The notes under the pieces were generated by a model. It was not told where the DNA came from. It did no database searches and saw nothing but the letters and a program-made list of their open reading frames with translations. 64,000 bases of DNA from Candidatus Woesearchaeota archaeon (GTDB lineage Archaea > Nanobdellota > Nanobdellia > Woesearchaeales > JBJKQO01), in the NCBI GenBank assembly GCA_046705145.1, contig JBJKQO010000008.1, forward strand, positions 16,686 through 80,685. The letters run 5' to 3'. This document shows, piece after piece, positions 58,871-64,000 of the stretch. The translations under genes were made by a program, and so were the position numbers. Within the stretch, counting starts at the first letter, position 1, and every line of letters starts with the position of its first letter.

Positions 58871-59231
58871 TTTGAAGATAATGATACCTACGGATGGAAA
58901 AAGGGGTATAGATGAGAATGTTGCTCTTCATTTTGGAAGGTGCCAGACTTACACTATCCTTGATGGGGATGGAAATATTTTAGCTGTGATCGATAACACG
59001 AGCGAGCACATGGGAGGAAAAGGGCTCCCTCCTGAGATAATGAAAGCAAATGGCGCTGATATATTGATATGCAGGGATATAGGGCCAAAGGCACTGAACA
59101 TGTGCGGCGAGATGGGGATTGAGGTTTTCCTTGCTGATTCTGATACTGTCAGGGAAGCATATGGTGCATGGAGATCTGGGGAGGCGAAGAAAGCGACTGT
59201 TGGGGAGGGGTGTAGGATGCATAAGCATTAG
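58863..59231 (+). CDS. NifB/NifX family protein
   Basis: HFGRC, ADILICRDIGP. Confidence 0.85.
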   Translation: MIDLKIMIPTDGKRGIDENVALHFGRCQTYTILDGDGNILAVIDNTSEHMGGKGLPPEIMKANGADILICRDIGPKALNMCGEMGIEVFLADSDTVREAYGAWRSGEAKKATVGEGCRMHKH

Positions 59232-59499
59232 CGTGCTCATTTGTCAAATTTTAAGAATTTTTTCAACTTTTTTTTGATAATATATTTTCTACTATCCTCA
59301 CTTCTATAAGTAAGTAATTTTTTAAGTTTTTTAATTAAGTTTTATCTTTATATTTATTATTGTATAATATATTGTATATTATTGAGTACATAAATATTTA
59401 TAAATAAGTTAATTTAAAATTTAGTTTTAGTGTGTGGAAAGGTTAACAAAAAAGATAATAGAAAAGTTTATAAATAAGTTAATCAAAAAATAAGCAAGG

Positions 59500-59673
59500 A
59501 TGACAGAAATCAGAAGGAAGATGTATTGCAGAGGTTCATCATTTGAGACAACGATTCCAATGCCCTTGCTTTTTGCTATTGATAAGTCCAAGAAACACAA
59601 TGTCGTGTTTAGGTACGAGAAAGAGACAAACCGATGGTATGTCGAGTTTGAAGAGTCCAGACGTAAGAAATAA
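59500..59673 (+). CDS. AbrB-like small DNA-binding protein (57 aa), not in ORF track
   Basis: MTEIRRKMYCRGSSFETTIPMPLL...; BRE-TATA about 30 nt upstream. Confidence 0.7.
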   Translation: MTEIRRKMYCRGSSFETTIPMPLLFAIDKSKKHNVVFRYEKETNRWYVEFEESRRKK

Positions 59674-59823
59674 TATTCACATCTTAAAGTGAGGAGGCAT
59701 GTCTTGCCTAAGCATTTAAGCAAGGCATGGGGACCATAGGGAAAGAAAGAGGTGCAAGCGGGGGCTTAGCAAGCTAAGCCCCAACCTCGCAATTTTTTAA
59801 TAACTCAAAGGGGTGACAGGCTT

Positions 59824-60180
59824 ATGGGCGTTCTTGTCAGGGATGCGCTAAAGGCGCTGGATCACGATGAGCTTGTAAAGCTCAGGAATGACCTGAACCA
59901 GGGAGGCATACACCTCAAGAACCTTGTCGATCACCACATAAAGATGATCGAGAAGGAGCACGAGGCTTTTTGCACCACATGCATGAGCCCTATAGACCTT
60001 GATGATACAAACACTTTCACGTTGGTGTTCGGGCCTGAGGATTTCAGGAAAAAAGCGACATTTTGCGCGATAGACTGCCTGGAATACTTTTTAGCAGGCC
60101 TTAAGGAATCAAGAAAAGGAGAAACTAAAGATGCCGGAGAAACAGAGCACGATATCAGAGTTTTTAAGACCGAAGAGTAA
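59824..60180 (+). CDS. Hypothetical protein with CxxC...FCxxxC (TRASH-like) motif
   Basis: CTTC, FCAIDC; SD GGGGTGA. Confidence 0.7.
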   Translation: MGVLVRDALKALDHDELVKLRNDLNQGGIHLKNLVDHHIKMIEKEHEAFCTTCMSPIDLDDTNTFTLVFGPEDFRKKATFCAIDCLEYFLAGLKESRKGETKDAGETEHDIRVFKTEE

Positions 60181-60282
60181 GGATGTCCCTTCTTGGCTTG
60201 AAAATGACCATGCAGCGATAGAAGAGCTTGCGATGAAGCAGATAATGAGCTCTACGAAAAAAGCATTGAAGAAGTCTGAAGC

Positions 60283-61113
60283 CTAATCCTTTCTTGTCGC
60301 TTCTTTTGACCTTATGTATCTTATGTTTAGATTTTCGAGGATGCTAAGAAGATGCTGCTTTCCCTGGCCTAGCCCTTTCCAGTCAAGTATCGCAAGTGTT
60401 GGCTTTGGCAGCTGTTTCTCAAAAGCCTGCTTTACTATGTCTTCTGTCAGGTCCTCAAAGTTGTATTTTGCGCAGACATGCCCTATAAGGTATCCTGTTT
60501 CCTGCATTATCCTGTTTGCGCCGGGATTATAATGCCCTCCTCCGAAGAAGACAGCAGAGTCATTGTTTGCGTATGCGTTTTCTCCGATCCTGATGAGATC
60601 TATTATGGTCTTGGCTATTATTCCTGCTGCGTCCTTGTCTTTCCACTGCTCTTCTGATGATCCTATCTCGATAAACATAGTAGGGATCTCTGTGTAAGGC
60701 CCGTGGTGGGTCTGCTCGCAGCTGACTTCGTAGCCTGTGTCTTTTGTGTACTCTGCAAGTTTTTCCATAGCAAGTTTCAGGTGTCTTGCAGGGGAGATGC
60801 AAAGTGTTCTTTCTTTTCCTCCAAACCCTGCTTTGTTCCAGTTTCCGGGGGTGTGAAATGACAGCACTGGCTTTCCTGATTCTGACTGGTGCCTTGTAGC
60901 AAAGATCATGATGTCTGCTTCGATCTTTTTGTCTATGTTCTCAGAATAAACCGTATCTTCATTTAATGTGTAAAGCTTTGCGCTTTCCATCTCATATACT
61001 GGATTCCCGTCAAAAGTATTCTCTGTTTTTTTGAAACCTTGCTCTATCAATGACTCTTTTATGGTCACTCCTGCAAGGTCTTTTAGCGATATTATCACTG
61101 CTGTCTTCATCAT
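60283..61113 (-). CDS. dtdA: D-aminoacyl-tRNA deacylase, archaeal type
   Basis: RHQS, HTPGN, EQTHHGP, FIEIGS, GGGHY, DWK. Confidence 0.92.
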   Translation of the reverse strand: MMKTAVIISLKDLAGVTIKESLIEQGFKKTENTFDGNPVYEMESAKLYTLNEDTVYSENIDKKIEADIMIFATRHQSESGKPVLSFHTPGNWNKAGFGGKERTLCISPARHLKLAMEKLAEYTKDTGYEVSCEQTHHGPYTEIPTMFIEIGSSEEQWKDKDAAGIIAKTIIDLIRIGENAYANNDSAVFFGGGHYNPGANRIMQETGYLIGHVCAKYNFEDLTEDIVKQAFEKQLPKPTLAILDWKGLGQGKQHLLSILENLNIRYIRSKEATRKD

Positions 61114-61238
61114 GGATCAAGAGGTTTATAGCTATCATTAATATTTGTTTATATATAGAGTATATAGGAAGTATTTATGACTACTTACTCATGGTTAAGA
61201 ATAGAAAAGTTTAAATAGTTGTGTTGACTCTTTAATGT

Positions 61239-64000
61239 ATGTGGTCACAGAAATTTGGCATAGCTGAACTTGATCTGACTGAATATCGTAACTTCTTATT
61301 TGGACCTGACTTTCTCTTTCCGACAAGACCTGAAGGGATATATACTGCAGATAAGGTTTCCACTTTTTTTCAGATAGCTCAAGGAGCTTTGGCAAGACTT
61401 TTGTCACAGGCCAAAACAGGCAGCCACCCTAAAGATCCCCCCTTAGAAGAGCTGGTTTTGAGACAATTACACATTTTTGGTCATGGCATGACTTTTGCAA
61501 ACAGGGATAATGTTATGGGTGGATGGTCAGGAACAGGCCTATGTCCCATGTATATGGAGAAGGGTATATGGAAAATAGGGGGGATTGAGACTGCCCTTGC
61601 GCAGGCAGGAGCAAGTGCTGAAGAGATTGCATCTTTTCCAGGGGTAGAACAGATACCAAGTTTAATTGCACCTTTGATACAAGGGATAAGAACAGTAGAC
61701 CCTCTTGACAGCTACTACTTAAGGCTTGTAAGCGACCAGCCAAGGTCGATAATGCACGCTCTGCTTTTCCTTAAGGACAAGGAGATCATGGAGAACCTGT
61801 TGAGAATATCTGATGAGATTAATCGTGAGATAAAAGAATACGGCAATGTCCGTAGCATGAGGATATATAGGGAACTTATGAATCTAGCAATAGAAAATGG
61901 CTTTATCCCTGTGCCTGCTCTAAGGACAAACTATTACGGACCATTAGAGATGGCAGGGCCTGAAAAGTGGAAGCCTGAAAAGATGCATGAGCATGAAACC
62001 GCGATTCGGGATGCATTAATTAAATACTTTGAATATACTGGTTTAAAACATCCTCCTGAAAGTCTTGAACGCGAAGTTCAGGCTATTGCCGCGTGGCACC
62101 AAGATAGAAAGGGATTTTTTTCGGCTTCAAGCAATGATATTGGCATAATACTTTCTGAGACCAGAGCAAGGTATCTTGAAAAAATACAAGGTTTTTATCA
62201 TGTCTTAAACCAGGTAATCCATGCAGGAGAGAAGATTCTGATTGTGACGACAAGCGGTTTTATTGATGTGACACCTATATTATTAAGGAATCTTGGTAAG
62301 AGCGATGAGCTGCATTTTAAGAGGCCGGACAAAAAGATCAAAGGTGCAGTACTCAAGGCGCTTGTAGGATATTCAGGTGGGGTTCTGGGTTACATAAACG
62401 ATCCTGAAAAACTTGAACCCATTCTTGAGGGGTCTGAAAAGAGCGTTACTGAGCAGAGGCAGGCCTCTCTTGATGAAGCGATAAGCACTGCAAGGCCAGG
62501 GATGATAATACCAGCTGCGCTTTTGGGTTTTGAGAAAAAAGAAACTAGAGGTGAAGTTAAGTATACACCTTATTCATTGACTATAGAGGATATTCTTAAC
62601 AGGCCGGAACCGAGCCTTTTGCTAGGAAATTTCGGCCAGGGTAAGTCAACTGCTGCAGTTGATCTTGCTGAAAGGCTTAACTCAGGCAATCTTGGCCAGG
62701 GATATATAGCAGTCCATATCACAGCCTCAGAGCTTAACAGGGCATTTCACAACCAGTTTAATGGGGACGCTTCTTATAACGAGAGAAGATTCTTGGAAAT
62801 CATAAGCAGAGGAGTTGTGTCTCTTCCTAAATCATTGAGGGATGAGCACAAGTTCGTCTTTATCGTTGACGCACTTGATGAGCTGACAAGCTACAGGAGC
62901 AATGTTCTTCGCGCGTTAAGAGATGTTGGCCAGCTCAAGGATTATGGGAAAGTGATACTCACCTCGCGATTCACAGGATTTGAGCAGCATGAAAATCAGG
63001 GTTTTGAGACTATGCATATAGATTCGGGTGCAGTGCTTAGGAATATTGATAAATATCTTGCTGCAAGGATAGTTAATGCTCAGGGGGAACCTGATGCGGG
63101 AAGGATAGCCGCGTTCAATGATTTTTTAGGGAGACAGAACCAGGAAGTGAAGTCCAATTACCTCTTGGTGCATTTCCTGACTGATATCTATAATAAGAGG
63201 CCAGATGAATTAGGGGGTCTGAAAGGGCAGCTTTCTGAAAGTGAAATATTGCTGAAAGGGATTGAAGTAGCTCTTTGGGAGCACAAACTAAGGAAAGATC
63301 CTAAAAGGAGGCAAAGATCAGCTGATTCAAACCAGTCAAGAGAAGAACTAGCAACAGAAATTCTAGATTATGAACATTTGAGGGAAAAAAATTTGCTTGT
63401 TTGGACAGATCTTCTTGCAAGATGCGCCAGCTACATGACAGTTCATAACCTAGCATCCATGACCCTGGAACAAGTTGAGATAGTAAATGCAGGATGGACA
63501 TTAAAAGAACACCTAATTGAAATAAGGTATCAAGAGCTTACAAGGGGGAGATAAATTTGAGCTCTGAAAAAGAGAACCTTCCTTCTCCTTTAGTTGAACT
63601 GTTATCTGATGTTAGGCCAGTTTTTAGACCTGTAGGTGATGAGTATAGTTTTGTCGCTCCTGCTTTTCAGGAGGTTTTGACTGCCAGTGATTTTGCTCGC
63701 GCTATCAATTCTGGACAGATTTCTGTAAGGGAGGCTTATGAGCAGTTTTGGAGCTATGAAGAAGACGAAAAGCTTTGGGGAGTTAAGGGGAGAGTAGTGC
63801 TTCCTGCGTGGAGAAACATCCTGAATTGGGTATATATGATGCTTAAGGAGGAGAAAAAACATAATTTCAAGCAAGTATTTCATGATTTTTCAAATCCGTC
63901 GTACAGGGTTTGTTGCTATAATCCTTTTAAGGATAATGCAGAATTTGTTGAGCGTGTTGAGAACAATGTCAGATACCTTGAGGATACAATCGCTTTGAAT
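61239..64000 (+). pseudogene. NACHT/STAND NTPase interrupted by a -1 frameshift near 63545; runs off the window end
   Basis: GNFGQGKS, IVDALDE, ILTSR; the -1 frame continues with YSFVAPAFQEVLTA and PAWRNIL and has no stop to 64000. Confidence 0.75.

Noticed and set aside
59232-59460. AT-rich tract as replication origin
   Set aside because: No ORB-like repeats and no cdc6/orc1 nearby.
60131-60286. 51-aa plus-strand ORF (MPEKQSTISEFL...)
   Set aside because: Overlaps the upstream gene by 50 nt with no recognisable motif; possible but unsupported.
1-64000. CRISPR array or cas genes
   Set aside because: No regularly spaced repeats with unique spacers seen; no Cas motifs.

Overview
Archaeal chromosomal window, most likely DPANN (Woesearchaeota-like; inferred from split rpoB''/B' and rpoA'/A'', multi-intron tRNAs, Pth2, DtdA and tandem-domain Lrp regulators). 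Core content: the rpo5-rpo2N-rpo2C-rpo1N-rpo1C-rpl30e-nusA-rps12-rps7 operon, RNase HII, tmk, a MoxR-DUF58-vWA cluster, a Zn ABC transporter with Fur/Zur, and four intron-containing tRNAs. Best candidate for an undescribed system (1-11 kb): a RiPP-like cluster with an unannotated 26-aa precursor (MKEKQTKPKMEEYQEADSLMFSQCQD) directly upstream of an RRE/PqqD-fused radical SAM/SPASM enzyme, a second radical SAM and an M28 peptidase, next to a flavin reductase and three paralogous double-Lrp regulators with similarly spaced operators. Also notable: a porin-like beta-barrel ORF, a signal-peptide mini-RHS toxin with two candidate immunity genes, a frameshifted NACHT NTPase, an AsnB-Dph6 fusion, two MITEs, a mini-insertion duplicating a tRNA 3' end, and several unannotated microproteins. 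All calls come from motif reading by eye; no database searches were run.
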